Positions 10,286 to 20,622 of a stretch of 64,000 nucleotides of DNA are shown here, one piece after another; positions within the stretch are counted from its first letter, which is position 1, and every line of letters starts with the position of its first letter. The notes beneath the pieces were generated by a model. It saw only the letters and a list, made by a program, of their open reading frames with translations, was not told where the DNA came from and searched no databases. The position numbers were made by a program, and so were the translations under genes. This DNA is from Flavobacteriales bacterium (lineage in GTDB: Bacteria > Bacteroidota > Bacteroidia > Flavobacteriales_D > UBA2798), in contig DATGXI010000095.1 of the NCBI GenBank assembly GCA_035299065.1, positions 12,299 to 76,298 on the forward strand. Reading direction: 5' to 3'.

Positions 10286-10915
10286 ATGAAATTATTCTTA
10301 ACCATTGCCGCTCTTGCCTTTACAGGCGTGACTATGGCGCAGGACCAGGATCCAAAGGCCAAAACAATTCTTGATGAATTAAGCAAGAAAACAAAGGCCT
10401 ATTCAACCATACAGGTTGAGTTTACTATGAAAACCACCAATAAAACCAGTGGTACAAATGAAACTGTAAAAGGTACAGCTACCATGAAGGGTTCAAAATA
10501 CATTATTGACCTTGGCAAGCAAAAAGTGTTGTGTGATGGTGTAAAAGTGTGGACCCTTTTGATGAAAGAAAAAGAGTGTACCGAAGAAACGGTTGAAGAC
10601 AACAGCGATGCCACTACCAACCCAACCAAATTACTGACCATTTGGGAAAAAGGATTTAAGTACCGTTTTGTTAAGGAAGAAGGAGGAATGCAGGAAATTC
10701 ACTTATTCCCTACCGATACCAAAAAATCAAAATACCATACAGTGATTTTAAAAATTGACAAAGCAAAAGAACAAGTGAAAACCGTTACCGTAAAAGGTAA
10801 AAACGGTGATGTGATTGAACTGGACGTAACAAAGTTTACACCCAATGTGCAGGTTGAAGATGCTAAGTTTAAGTTTAGCAAGAAAGATTACCCGGATTTT
10901 ACAGTGATAGATTAA
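10286..10915 (+). CDS. lolA: Outer-membrane lipoprotein carrier protein LolA
   Basis: Signal peptide; AKTILDELSKKTKAY, LCDGVKVWTLL and NPTKLLTIWEKGF patterns typical of Bacteroidota LolA; 209 aa. Confidence 0.85.
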   Translation: MKLFLTIAALAFTGVTMAQDQDPKAKTILDELSKKTKAYSTIQVEFTMKTTNKTSGTNETVKGTATMKGSKYIIDLGKQKVLCDGVKVWTLLMKEKECTEETVEDNSDATTNPTKLLTIWEKGFKYRFVKEEGGMQEIHLFPTDTKKSKYHTVILKIDKAKEQVKTVTVKGKNGDVIELDVTKFTPNVQVEDAKFKFSKKDYPDFTVID

Positions 10916-10949
10916 TAGACGCTAGACTCAAGACGCTGGAAATACAAGG

Positions 10950-10979
10950 AAACCGGAATTTAATTGTTCCGGTTTTTTT
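10950..10979 (+). terminator. Intrinsic terminator after lolA
   Basis: AAACCGGAA/TTCCGGTTT stem followed by a T-run. Confidence 0.8.
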
Positions 10980-11009
10980 ATGTGGTTACTTTTTTGAAGC
11001 ATGAAAATA

Positions 11010-11224
11010 CTGCAAGCGATAGAGCCGATACCCCGGAACAAAAAGTGAAAGAAAAGCCGGATACTGCGCTACGCCTGGATCATAAGTAAAAAAATAGTTT
11101 ATAGCTGCTCAATCAGGAACGAGGCTTTTCTTTCACTTTTTGTGAGGAGTAAAGGCGAAAGCGCGGCCCGCGAGGAATTTCGAGTGCTGAATTTCCAGTT
11201 TCGAACTTTGCCGAGGGGGTGCAG
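11010..11224 (+). ncRNA. Structured intergenic element, copy 1 (Flavo-1-like core)
   Basis: Core AGCGATAGAGCCGATACCCCG...GAGGAGTAAAGGCGAAAGCGCGGCCC; perfect 21-bp inverted repeat at 11038-11058/11123-11143; closing CTGCA/TGCAG. Homologous to 26975-27157. Confidence 0.6.
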
Positions 11225-11244
11225 CATAATTGAACTCTTGAAAA

Positions 11245-11272
11245 AATCTGTGTAATATGTGCAATCCGTGGC
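11245..11272 (+). repeat. Three degenerate 9-nt tandem repeats (AATCYGTGN)
   Basis: AATCTGTGT AATATGTGC AATCCGTGG; a similar array is at 42907-42934. Confidence 0.6.
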
Positions 11273-11396
11273 TGGTAAAAGAATAATAACCTGTACATGA
11301 CAAAACCATGACAATTTTAAGCCGCTGATTATCATTAAGTACAAGAAATTCAATCTTTTAACACAAAAATGGTGATGTTACTTTGAGCAATTGCCC

Positions 11397-11404
11397 TATA
11401 TTTG
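11397..11404 (+). promoter_or_regulatory. -7 promoter element for tatA-gatA
   Basis: TATATTTG, 19 nt upstream of the ATG at 11424. Confidence 0.65.
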
Positions 11405-11423
11405 CAGCCATAAACATTGAAAA

Positions 11424-11606
11424 ATGCACCAGTTATTGTTTTTAGGAAAGTTAGGTACTACCGAGATCATTTTGATTCTTGCGATTGTGTTGTTGTTATT
11501 TGGAGGCAAAAAAATTCCTGAATTAATGCGCGGTTTGGGCCGTGGCGTGAAGGAATTTAAGGACGCTTCAAAAGGTGAAGGCGACAATACCCCAAAGAAA
11601 TCCTAA
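11424..11606 (+). CDS. tatA: Twin-arginine translocase subunit TatA/TatE
   Basis: [37 protein letters not shown] signature. Confidence 0.97.
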   Translation: MHQLLFLGKLGTTEIILILAIVLLLFGGKKIPELMRGLGRGVKEFKDASKGEGDNTPKKS

Positions 11607-11634
11607 TTTTTTTTTTCAAAGTCACAGTTGACGA

Positions 11635-13059
11635 ATGGAAGTTCGCCACTACAGCAAAATCCGTGAAGATTTATTTTCGGGAAAGCACTCATGTGTTGAT
11701 TTGGTTCAACATTACTTGAAAGCTATTGCCGAAAAAAAAGAACTGAACGCGTACCTTGAAGTATTTACTGAAAGTGCGTTGGAACTTGCGCGCAAAACCG
11801 ATGAAAAAATAAAAAACAAAACTGCCGGTAAACTTGCCGGTTGTGTTATTGCCCTAAAAGATAATATTGCTTACAAGGGACATAAAGTATCGGTATCATC
11901 CCATATTCTTGAAGGATTTGAAAGTATTTACACTGCAACGGCTGTTGAGCGTTTGCTTGCTGAAGATGCTATAATAATTGGACGTACCAATTGCGATGAG
12001 TTTGCGATGGGAAGCTCCAACGAAACCTCCTACTACGGCAATGTATTGAACCCACACAACACGAAATGTGTACCAGGTGGATCAAGCGGTGGAAGTTGTG
12101 CTGCAGTTGCTGCCGGATTGTGTACTGCTGCATTGGGAACCGACACAGGCGGATCAATACGCCAGCCCGCATCATTTACAGGTACGGTTGGCATGAAACC
12201 CACTTACGGAAGAATTTCACGTTATGGTTTGTTGGCCTACGCCTCATCATTTGATCAAATTGGCCCTGTTACAAACAATGTACATGATTGCGCCCTGTTA
12301 ATTGAGGTGATGGCTGGCAAAGACCCAATGGACAGCACCAGCTCAAGCACAAAAACCGAAGCCTACAGTGCATTGCCTGCATCGGATACAAAATATAAAA
12401 TTGCCTATTTAAGGGAGTGTATTGAAAACCCCGGTCTTGACCCTGAAATAAAAAATAATTTTTACGCAACAGTTGAAAAATTAAAAGCCCAGGGCCATAG
12501 TGTTGAAGCAGTAAATTTTCCGTACCTGGACCATTTGGTGCCTACGTATTATGTGTTAACAACAGCCGAAGCCTCAAGCAACCTGGCGCGTTATGATGGT
12601 GTGCATTACGGATACCGCAGCAAAAATGCAACTGACGTGGAAAGCACTTACGTTAAATCGCGTACCGAAGGTTTTGGGAAAGAAGTGAGGCGCAGAATTA
12701 TGCTTGGCACATTTGTGTTGAGTGCCGGATATTATGACGCTTATTATACAAAAGGATTAAAAGTGCGCAGGCTGATTAAAAATCATACCGATGATATATT
12801 TACCGGCCACGATTTTATACTTACACCCACTACACCAGGAACAGCATTTGAATTTGGGGCCAACAGTGCTGACCCTGTAAAAATGTACCTTGAAGATATT
12901 TTCACAGTGCAGGCGCCTATTTGTGGAATTCCTGCAATTAGCATTCCTGCGGGTGTACATTCAAATGGCTTACCCTATGGTATTCAATTGATGTCACCAA
13001 AATTTACAGAGAGTAAATTGTTAGCATTTTCAAAAACCCTTGAAGGGATGCTTGCGTAA
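11635..13059 (+). CDS. gatA: Asp-tRNA(Asn)/Glu-tRNA(Gln) amidotransferase subunit A
   Basis: Amidase signature GGSSGGS...LGTDTGGSIRQPAS; SSNLARYDGVHYG and EVRRRIMLGT motifs. Confidence 0.97.
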   Translation: MEVRHYSKIREDLFSGKHSCVDLVQHYLKAIAEKKELNAYLEVFTESALELARKTDEKIKNKTAGKLAGCVIALKDNIAYKGHKVSVSSHILEGFESIYTATAVERLLAEDAIIIGRTNCDEFAMGSSNETSYYGNVLNPHNTKCVPGGSSGGSCAAVAAGLCTAALGTDTGGSIRQPASFTGTVGMKPTYGRISRYGLLAYASSFDQIGPVTNNVHDCALLIEVMAGKDPMDSTSSSTKTEAYSALPASDTKYKIAYLRECIENPGLDPEIKNNFYATVEKLKAQGHSVEAVNFPYLDHLVPTYYVLTTAEASSNLARYDGVHYGYRSKNATDVESTYVKSRTEGFGKEVRRRIMLGTFVLSAGYYDAYYTKGLKVRRLIKNHTDDIFTGHDFILTPTTPGTAFEFGANSADPVKMYLEDIFTVQAPICGIPAISIPAGVHSNGLPYGIQLMSPKFTESKLLAFSKTLEGMLA

Positions 13060-13162
13060 AATAGTTAAAATTGCCGTCCCGGCCATTGCACATTACTGTA
13101 TTTTTTGTATTTTGATTGCCGCACCACGCAGGTGGTTAACCGAGTTGATTTTAGGAGAGAAC

Positions 13163-14653
13163 ATGAGAGTACTAGCATTCATATTATTAATTGGTATTGG
13201 AACAAATGCAATTGCAAGTGACGATACCCTACGTGTTAAAAAAATACGCAAAGATGATCCCGTACTTGTTGCCATGGACAGTTTGGAGGCCTTAAACTAT
13301 TTAGCCAACGACAAATTTACCGTTGTACGCAACAAAGCAAAATACACCATGCCAAGTGATTCGGTTCCGAGACCTGATGCAGCAACCATAGCTGCGCGGT
13401 TGAAAAAACTGGATGCCCGTTCACCCATGAACCTTACATATAATGAAGACGTGCAGGCTTACATTGACTTGTATTTGATAAAGGCAAGGGGTGTTACTTC
13501 AAAACTAATTGGCCTTACCGAAATTTATTTCCCTTTGTTTGAGCAGATGCTTGACAAGTATGACATTCCTTTGGAATTAAAATATTTACCAATTATTGAG
13601 TCGGCATTAAACCCAAGTGTTAAATCATGGGCAGGTGCTGTGGGCTTGTGGCAATTCATGTACCCTACGGGAAAAATGTATGGCCTTGAAGTAAACTCAT
13701 ATATTGATGAGCGTTGCGATCCCATTAAAGAAACAGAAGCTGCCTGTAAATTTTTAAAGTATTTGTACAATTGGTATAAAGACTGGAACCTGGCTTTAGC
13801 TGCTTACAATGCAGGACCCGGCACCATCAACAATGCCATTCGCAAATCAGGTGGTAAAACCGATTATTGGGAAATTTTTCCTTACATACCCAAGGAAACA
13901 CGTGGTTATGTACCGGCATTTATTGCTGCCAATTATTTCATGAACTATTATGTAGAACATAACCTTGTTCCTTATGACACCAAAAAGCAATACTTTACTT
14001 TTGATACGGTGCATATTGACAAACGCCTGGATTTAAAACACGTGAGCGCGGTATTGCAAATTAACCTGGAAGATTTACAGTACATGAATCCCCTGTTCAA
14101 AACCACCATTGTACCGGGTGATGACAAGAAGACCCACATTTTTCTTCCGAAAAACAAAGTAGGTGATTTTATTTTGTATGCTGACAGCATTTACAATTAT
14201 AATGGTAAACCGCAACTGGCAAACGGAAATGCGGAACCGGTTAAACAGTATACAAAAGTTAAGTACAATGAAACGCTAAAGGCCATTTCATTGCGAACAG
14301 GTACCACCGTTGCCGATTTAAAGAAGTGGAACAATATTAAAGGGCAGTATGTAAAAAACGGCAGGTGGCTTGTTTATTATTCAGGTACGAAACCCGAGGA
14401 GAATACAGCTGGTTCAACCGAAAACACAACTACCACAACAAACAATGCCACTACAACCAATCAAACAACAACAACTGCAAATAACAAATCGCTGGCATCG
14501 GTAAGTTATTATACCGTTAAAAGTGGCGATACCTTGTACAAAATTGCTGAACGAAAAGGAGCTTCGGCAACAGGAATCAAGAAATTAAATCCGAATGTGA
14601 ACTGGAACAGGTTGCAGGTTGGGCAAAAAATCAAGATACCTGCAAAAGGTTAG
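13163..14653 (+). CDS. Lytic murein transglycosylase (MltD-like, SLT plus two LysM domains)
   Basis: IESALNP...GLWQFM...ALAAYNAG SLT motifs; LysM YTVKSGDTLYKIA; Thr/Asn-rich linker. Likely start ATG 13163 (signal peptide, AGGAGA upstream), not 13040. Confidence 0.92.
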   Translation: MRVLAFILLIGIGTNAIASDDTLRVKKIRKDDPVLVAMDSLEALNYLANDKFTVVRNKAKYTMPSDSVPRPDAATIAARLKKLDARSPMNLTYNEDVQAYIDLYLIKARGVTSKLIGLTEIYFPLFEQMLDKYDIPLELKYLPIIESALNPSVKSWAGAVGLWQFMYPTGKMYGLEVNSYIDERCDPIKETEAACKFLKYLYNWYKDWNLALAAYNAGPGTINNAIRKSGGKTDYWEIFPYIPKETRGYVPAFIAANYFMNYYVEHNLVPYDTKKQYFTFDTVHIDKRLDLKHVSAVLQINLEDLQYMNPLFKTTIVPGDDKKTHIFLPKNKVGDFILYADSIYNYNGKPQLANGNAEPVKQYTKVKYNETLKAISLRTGTTVADLKKWNNIKGQYVKNGRWLVYYSGTKPEENTAGSTENTTTTTNNATTTNQTTTTANNKSLASVSYYTVKSGDTLYKIAERKGASATGIKKLNPNVNWNRLQVGQKIKIPAKG

Positions 14654-14743
14654 TTTAGTTTTGATTTTTGGTTAAATGATTTCAAAACAAACTGCCAGGT
14701 TTATATTTTATTAAGTTGCCCTAAACAGTTAAGCTTACTTATC

Positions 14744-15979
14744 ATGCGCAATTATTTTTTATCTTTTATCATTTTATTTTTCTGTCAACGTTCATTTGCA
14801 CAAATAAATGCCATTGACACCAAAAAAATTCCGGGTATTAAAACAGTGCAGGCCGATGTGGATTTTGTTTTGACAAATGTGCCGTATTACCAGAGTTGGG
14901 CCGGAAGTGAATGGAAGCATGAAGTAAGCAAAGAAGCTATTAGTTTACACTTAAAAGAATCGTACACAAAAATAAAAGCCCTGCCCAAACACAACATTGA
15001 AACCGAATTGTTACTTGGACAAATTTGCCATTATTTTCACAACCTGGATTATGAAAACCATGTTGAAGATGGAATAACACATTTTAAAAAGGCCATTGCT
15101 ATGTCAAAAAAAGATTACCGTGGTTACTGGCTGTTAGGTGATTTATTGGCATCGGCTACTATGACGCGTGATGGGATGAACAACATGTTGACAGCGGAAA
15201 AATTATTACCTGCAAAACCGCATGCTGAATTTTGGAATTCGTACGCGTATTATGCTTACCTGGCCATGATGCCCCGACACTCGGCAAAAGGCTTTTCAGA
15301 ATACAGGAAAATTACCGGGAAGGCTGCATCAAGCGAAGAATTTATGTTGCCGCTTATAAATTCACAATTGCCATTACCAAGTGCTGACAGTACATATGAC
15401 GCAAGACGCACCTGGAGTTTTAGTTTGGACACCCTGGCTACATTTACCAATACCATGATGGGATTCAGTATAAAAGTGGATACTGCTTTTCAAATAAATC
15501 CAATGCCTGCGAAAGAAGGACGATGTGCTCTTACACTTGGGGAACCGCGAAAGAACAATGGAAAACCCGGCTACTCCATATTTTTCCTGGCCACAGCAGT
15601 GGATAAAGGTCCGATTGAAGAGTATTTAAAAAAATACATGCAGGGAAATGATGCTGCGAAGGATGTGCAATTTAAAACACTAAAAAGCAAGCATATTGCC
15701 AAAGAAGTAACCAATAAAGACTATTATCCCGACCAGGGTGGAGCGCATTTGTATTTTATTGCATTTGATCGCGATGAGCCAATGGAACCGGGAATGATAT
15801 TTGAAAAACCATACGAAATGCCAAGGGGTGAAGGCATACGGTTTGTAAACCCGGTTACCGGTTTTAAGCGTTACCCGGGAAAAATCAGGTACATCATCAT
15901 GCTTGATGCCTGTGAAACCATTCACAACGAATCGCTGGAAGGGTTGAATGAATTTATACGGAATTTGAAAGTGGAGTAA
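14744..15979 (+). CDS. Exported hypothetical protein with TPR-like helices
   Basis: 411-aa ORF with a signal peptide; HFKKAIAMSKKDYRGYWLLGDLL is TPR-like. Confidence 0.6.
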   Translation: MRNYFLSFIILFFCQRSFAQINAIDTKKIPGIKTVQADVDFVLTNVPYYQSWAGSEWKHEVSKEAISLHLKESYTKIKALPKHNIETELLLGQICHYFHNLDYENHVEDGITHFKKAIAMSKKDYRGYWLLGDLLASATMTRDGMNNMLTAEKLLPAKPHAEFWNSYAYYAYLAMMPRHSAKGFSEYRKITGKAASSEEFMLPLINSQLPLPSADSTYDARRTWSFSLDTLATFTNTMMGFSIKVDTAFQINPMPAKEGRCALTLGEPRKNNGKPGYSIFFLATAVDKGPIEEYLKKYMQGNDAAKDVQFKTLKSKHIAKEVTNKDYYPDQGGAHLYFIAFDRDEPMEPGMIFEKPYEMPRGEGIRFVNPVTGFKRYPGKIRYIIMLDACETIHNESLEGLNEFIRNLKVE

Positions 15980-16021
15980 CCTGCGTTTGACCGGTCAATT
16001 CGAATTTGTTTATCAAACGTT

Positions 16022-17905
16022 TTAACGGTTAAAATCTTCGGTTAAGCCGTACAACTTCTTGTTTGGCTCGTGAAACGACAGCGTGCTTCTTTGGATTTGC
16101 ACTTTACCTGATTTTGCATTCCACAGATAAAACTTAATTCTAAGGTTTTCGATGTCATGCTTTTTTAGTTCATGCGACATATCGAAGCTTGTATAGGTGT
16201 AGTTAAATTCATTGGCTGATGGATTCGTAAAAAGTTCGCCACCATACCAAAATGTTCGTTGGTCATTTTCGTGAAACTCGAGCACAAGTACCAGTGGATT
16301 GTGATCGGTTGATTTGATTTCGGCCTCGAATTTCAGCTGGTAACTTCCGTATAAATTTAATTTCATAAACAAAGTATCGGCCAGGTTGCAGAATTGGTTA
16401 GCAGAATCCATTATGATCCTTTCGTTTTTGTGTAACCACACATTTGGTGCGTCAGGTATTTCCTGGTAACACATATTTTTTGTTGTTTTTGAAAATAAAA
16501 AAAAATTATTTAGAAACCCCTCCTTTTTTCGTTCATAGTAGCGGTATTGAGAACGAAGCAAGCCGTATGTATTAAAGTCACAGTTGCCTGAAATAATTTT
16601 GTCAGGGTTGTATGCCTGAACCTCATTCCACACCATTTCATACGGTTTTTCAATGTTGTATATGCTGAAAATTTTAAAATTCTTATTTCCTTTTAAATAC
16701 CTTTCAATGAATTCAGGGCGGTCACTTGTAACCACCAGTATTTTTTTATCCGGGTTATCTCTTTTTATGGGTTCACAAAACTCAGCAAACGCCTTATACG
16801 GATAATCCATCATCATGTCGTGGTTGAGGCGTGTAAAAAACAAGCTATATAAACCAAACAGCAGGAATAAGGGTGTAAACCAGTTGAGCGGTTTTTTTGG
16901 AAGGGCATGAAAAATTGAAAAAACACTTAACAACAAAAATGGCAGTCCAAATTGCAAAATAGAAAACTGCATAATGGGTGTTTTATACTTTGAATAAAGA
17001 ATGGCTGTGGCGTAAACAATAACAAATGAACACGTCAGTACAATGTGTAGCGATACCCGCGTTAATTCGCGTTTGCGGAACAATTGTATAAACGCAAGTA
17101 CAAGCGCTGCAAGAAAAAAACCAAGAAAAAGCCGGTCGTAATGAAACAGGTAAAGAATGAATTTAAACGCATAACCTTTTTCGGGCGCACCCAACCAGCC
17201 GCCCAAACCGCCATGCGTTAACTGGTTTTGCATAATGAAGTAAAGTGGAATAAACAACACAACAATGATGGCATTTGTGCTGAAATACGAAACGATTTGA
17301 TGGCGCTTTAGTAAAATAATGCCACAAATACCCAATACGCCAACCGTTAAACCAGCAAAATAATGCGTGGCACCTGCACAACATGCAAACAGGACGTATA
17401 AAATTTTTGTTTTTATTTTTTTGTCATCGTCAACAACCAGTTTCAAAAAACAATGCAGGAATAAAAGTGTGAATAAAAGTGCGGGTGCGTAAGGCCTTGC
17501 CACGTTACTGTGGTAAATATACAATTGTGTAACAGCCAGCACACCTGCTGTTAATACGCCTGCATATTCATTTATATATTTTTTGCCGGTTTTGTAAATA
17601 ACCCACACACTGGCCAGGCCACATAAAGCAAATGGCATTTTTACAACCCACTCAGCCTGTCCAAAAATTTTTGTGTAATAGAACAGAAAAATTTGTACAA
17701 GTGGTGGATGATAATCAATTAAAACGCCTTTAGAAATTAATTCACCAATACTGTTAAAATCCAAACGAACAAGTGCGCTTAATTCATCGTGGGTGTATGA
17801 AGTAAAAAAAACATAGGGAATTCGCACCAAAAAAGCCACAACCAGCACCAAATGAATTGGTTTGAACCGGTTAATAATCCCATTTTTATTTTTTTGTATT
17901 TCCAC
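16022..17905 (-). CDS. GT39/ArnT-like (GT-C) membrane glycosyltransferase
   Basis: GTG start; multiple TM helices; DE motif (SYTHDE), YHPPL and ARPYA motifs. Confidence 0.8.
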   Translation of the reverse strand: MEIQKNKNGIINRFKPIHLVLVVAFLVRIPYVFFTSYTHDELSALVRLDFNSIGELISKGVLIDYHPPLVQIFLFYYTKIFGQAEWVVKMPFALCGLASVWVIYKTGKKYINEYAGVLTAGVLAVTQLYIYHSNVARPYAPALLFTLLFLHCFLKLVVDDDKKIKTKILYVLFACCAGATHYFAGLTVGVLGICGIILLKRHQIVSYFSTNAIIVVLFIPLYFIMQNQLTHGGLGGWLGAPEKGYAFKFILYLFHYDRLFLGFFLAALVLAFIQLFRKRELTRVSLHIVLTCSFVIVYATAILYSKYKTPIMQFSILQFGLPFLLLSVFSIFHALPKKPLNWFTPLFLLFGLYSLFFTRLNHDMMMDYPYKAFAEFCEPIKRDNPDKKILVVTSDRPEFIERYLKGNKNFKIFSIYNIEKPYEMVWNEVQAYNPDKIISGNCDFNTYGLLRSQYRYYERKKEGFLNNFFLFSKTTKNMCYQEIPDAPNVWLHKNERIIMDSANQFCNLADTLFMKLNLYGSYQLKFEAEIKSTDHNPLVLVLEFHENDQRTFWYGGELFTNPSANEFNYTYTSFDMSHELKKHDIENLRIKFYLWNAKSGKVQIQRSTLSFHEPNKKLYGLTEDFNR

Positions 17906-17940
17906 GCTAATTATGGGCTAAAATAACTAAACAAAACCAT

Positions 17941-17948
17941 TACATTTG
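17941..17948 (+). promoter_or_regulatory. -7 promoter element for the aldehyde dehydrogenase gene
   Basis: TACATTTG, 18 nt upstream of ATG 17967. Confidence 0.6.
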
Positions 17949-17966
17949 CCTCCCAATTTTAAAATT

Positions 17967-19499
17967 ATGGATATTGCTAAAGTCTTACGCGAACTTGGCT
18001 TAGAGAACGAGAACTCAGGCTCTTCAACCGGTACCTACTGGTTTCATACACGTGGCCCGTTAATTGAATCACATTCGCCAGCTGATGGAAAACTGATTGG
18101 GAAAGTATATTCGGCCACAGAAACCGAATACGAGGCCTGTATTTTAAAAGCAAAGGAAGCCTTTGAGGTTTGGCGCAATAAACCCGCTCCACAGCGTGGC
18201 GAAATTGTAAGGCAAATTGGCGAAGAGTTACGCATTCATAAAAATAATCTTGGTGCACTTGTTAGTTACGAAATGGGAAAATCACTGCAGGAAGGTTTGG
18301 GCGAAGTGCAGGAGATGATTGACATTTGCGATTTTGCTGTTGGATTAAGCAGGCAGTTACATGGGTTAACCATGCACAGTGAGCGCCCTAACCACCGCAT
18401 GTATGAGCAGTACCACCCACTTGGAATTGTAGGCATTATTTCGGCCTTTAATTTCCCGGTTGCGGTTTGGGCCTGGAACAGTATGCTGGCCTGGGTTTGT
18501 GGCGATGTTTGTATTTGGAAACCGAGTGAAAAAACACCTTTGTGCGCCATAGCATGTCAACACATTATTTCAAAAGTATTCAAGCACAATAACGTTCCTG
18601 AGGGCGTTTCATGCCTTGCCATTGGCGATGGTAAATTGGGTGAATTAATGTCAAACGATGTGCGTGTTCCCTTGATATCAGCTACCGGTTCAACCCGTAT
18701 GGGCAAAGCGGTTGGTGCTGCAGTTGGTGCACGTTTAGGAAAATCGTTGCTTGAGTTAGGCGGAAACAATGCCATTATCATAACTGAAAATGCCGATCTA
18801 AAAATTGCCGTTACAGCGGTTGTGTTTGGTGCAGTAGGAACAGCCGGTCAACGTTGTACCACAACACGCAGGTTGATTATTCACGAAAGCATTTACAATT
18901 CAGTAAAAGAAAAACTGGTGAATGCATATGCACAATTAAAAATTGGAAATCCATTGGACCAAAAAAACCATGTTGGTCCGTTAATTGATAAATTGGCCGT
19001 TGGCCAGTACCTTGAAGCCTTGAAGCAGGTTGATGTGGAAGGCGGGAAAGAAGTGGTGCCGGGCGGAGTGCTAAGCGGGGCTGGCTATGAGTCGGGATGC
19101 TATGTAAAACCGGCCATTTATGAAGCTGAAAACAACTTTAAAATTGTACAGCATGAAACCTTTGCCCCCATTTTGTACCTGATGAAATACAGGACCCTGG
19201 AGGAGGCCATTGCCCTTCAAAACGGGGTTCCTCAAGGACTTTCGAGCGCCATTATGACAACGCATATGCGTGAGGCTGAGAAGTTTTTGTCACAAAGCGG
19301 TAGCGATTGCGGCATTGCCAATGTGAATATAGGTACCTCTGGGGCCGAGATTGGCGGGGCCTTTGGCGGTGAAAAAGAGACCGGAGGAGGCAGGGAAAGC
19401 GGAAGCGATGCATGGAAAATTTACATGCGCAGGCAAACCAATACCATTAATTACGGAAATGAATTACCTTTGGCGCAAGGGATTAAATTCGACATTTAA
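17967..19499 (+). CDS. Aldehyde dehydrogenase, ALDH7 family (piperideine-6-carboxylate/aminoadipate semialdehyde dehydrogenase-like)
   Basis: [38 protein letters not shown] and [26 protein letters not shown] motifs. Likely start ATG 17967. Confidence 0.93.
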   Translation: MDIAKVLRELGLENENSGSSTGTYWFHTRGPLIESHSPADGKLIGKVYSATETEYEACILKAKEAFEVWRNKPAPQRGEIVRQIGEELRIHKNNLGALVSYEMGKSLQEGLGEVQEMIDICDFAVGLSRQLHGLTMHSERPNHRMYEQYHPLGIVGIISAFNFPVAVWAWNSMLAWVCGDVCIWKPSEKTPLCAIACQHIISKVFKHNNVPEGVSCLAIGDGKLGELMSNDVRVPLISATGSTRMGKAVGAAVGARLGKSLLELGGNNAIIITENADLKIAVTAVVFGAVGTAGQRCTTTRRLIIHESIYNSVKEKLVNAYAQLKIGNPLDQKNHVGPLIDKLAVGQYLEALKQVDVEGGKEVVPGGVLSGAGYESGCYVKPAIYEAENNFKIVQHETFAPILYLMKYRTLEEAIALQNGVPQGLSSAIMTTHMREAEKFLSQSGSDCGIANVNIGTSGAEIGGAFGGEKETGGGRESGSDAWKIYMRRQTNTINYGNELPLAQGIKFDI

Positions 19500-19541
19500 A
19501 AAAGAGTTCCCGAACAGGATTTAAAATTTAAAATTTAAGAA

Positions 19542-19868
19542 ATGACCCAGAATGAAGCACAACGCCTTTGCGACAAGATTGCAAAGAATTTTGCAAAAGA
19601 CAATGCGGCAAAGGATCAAACTATTGCTGATTTAAAAACCTTGCGCAATTATTTTATTGATATTAAGGATCCAATGCTTACAAAAATTACGCGTTTGGCG
19701 TATGAATACATTGAGCAACATGGTACATTTGAAGTAGAAATTGAAGACTTTGAACCGGATGAAGAGCAAAGTACATTTGAATACTTCATGGAATTGGTTA
19801 TGAATTACGATAACAATTATAACCGTGAAGAATTGCAGGAAATTAAAATGCGTTTGATTGAACAATAA
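19542..19868 (+). CDS. Hypothetical acidic helical protein
   Basis: 108-aa ORF with normal codon usage and an A-rich upstream region; terminator follows. Confidence 0.7.
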   Translation: MTQNEAQRLCDKIAKNFAKDNAAKDQTIADLKTLRNYFIDIKDPMLTKITRLAYEYIEQHGTFEVEIEDFEPDEEQSTFEYFMELVMNYDNNYNREELQEIKMRLIEQ

Positions 19869-19931
19869 ACTGAGCCGTTTTTGTAATTCAGAAAAGAATT
19901 ACACTGATTGATTAATCATATTATATTATTG

Positions 19932-19961
19932 AGCCACACCTTACACGTGTGGCTTTTTTTT
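19932..19961 (+). terminator. Intrinsic terminator
   Basis: AGCCACAC/GTGTGGCT stem followed by a T-run. Confidence 0.8.
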
Positions 19962-20006
19962 GGACATAAGTAGGGTATTTCAGAATGCACGCGTTTTCTA
20001 TACAAG

Positions 20007-20582
20007 TTGCATTTGAAAGACCCCGAATTAATACAGGCCCTCAGGAACAAAAACCAGGGAGCTTTCAGGCTTTTGGTTGATACCTGGAAAAACAAGGTAT
20101 TCAATACCTGTATTGGCGTTTTACAACATGCCGAAGATGCCGAAGAAATTACCCAGGACGTTTTTATTGAGGTGTACCATTCAGTCAACAAATTTGATGG
20201 GCGATCAACCCTGGCAACCTGGATATACCGCATTGCTATCAATAAATCACTTGACAAATTACGACATAACAAAAGCAAAAAACGTTCAGGACTTGTGCAA
20301 CGTTTTTTTAATGGCTCTAAAATGAATGATGCTCCCGACTTTGTTCACCCCGGAGTTGAAATGGAGCAAAAAGAACTTTCTGTTATTCTTTTTAAAGCCA
20401 TTGATAACCTTTCGGAAAACCAAAAAACAGCTTATGTACTGCATTATGTTGAAGGCTTACCTCAACGGGAAATTGCAGAAATCATGAAAACCACTATTGG
20501 GTCAGTTGAGTCGCTGTTAATGAGGGCAAAAGGCAACCTTCGCAAACTCCTGGGCAATTATTACGCAAAAAATTTCAAGTAG
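20007..20582 (+). CDS. ECF RNA polymerase sigma-70 factor
   Basis: Region 2 (DAEEITQDVF...TWIYRIAINKSLD) and region 4 (LHYVEGLPQREIAEIM...SVESLLMRAK). TTG start. Confidence 0.93.
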   Translation: MHLKDPELIQALRNKNQGAFRLLVDTWKNKVFNTCIGVLQHAEDAEEITQDVFIEVYHSVNKFDGRSTLATWIYRIAINKSLDKLRHNKSKKRSGLVQRFFNGSKMNDAPDFVHPGVEMEQKELSVILFKAIDNLSENQKTAYVLHYVEGLPQREIAEIMKTTIGSVESLLMRAKGNLRKLLGNYYAKNFK

Positions 20583-20584
20583 CC

Positions 20585-20610
20585 CGCAGGAATATCAAAT
20601 TAACAGCGTC
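20585..20610 (+). promoter_or_regulatory. Putative ECF-type promoter (CGCAGG-N16-CGTC)
   Basis: ECF -35/-10 geometry in the 40-bp gap after the sigma gene, 12 nt before ATG 20623. Confidence 0.4.
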
Positions 20611-20622
20611 AAAACTACCGGC

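Noticed and set aside
11635-13059. gatA without gatB or gatC read as an anomaly
   Set aside because: The other subunits can lie elsewhere in the genome, so their absence from this window is uninformative.
14400-14490. ACA/AAC-rich low-complexity stretch in the transglycosylase gene
   Set aside because: Explained by a Thr/Asn-rich linker between the LysM domains; not a phase-variable tract.
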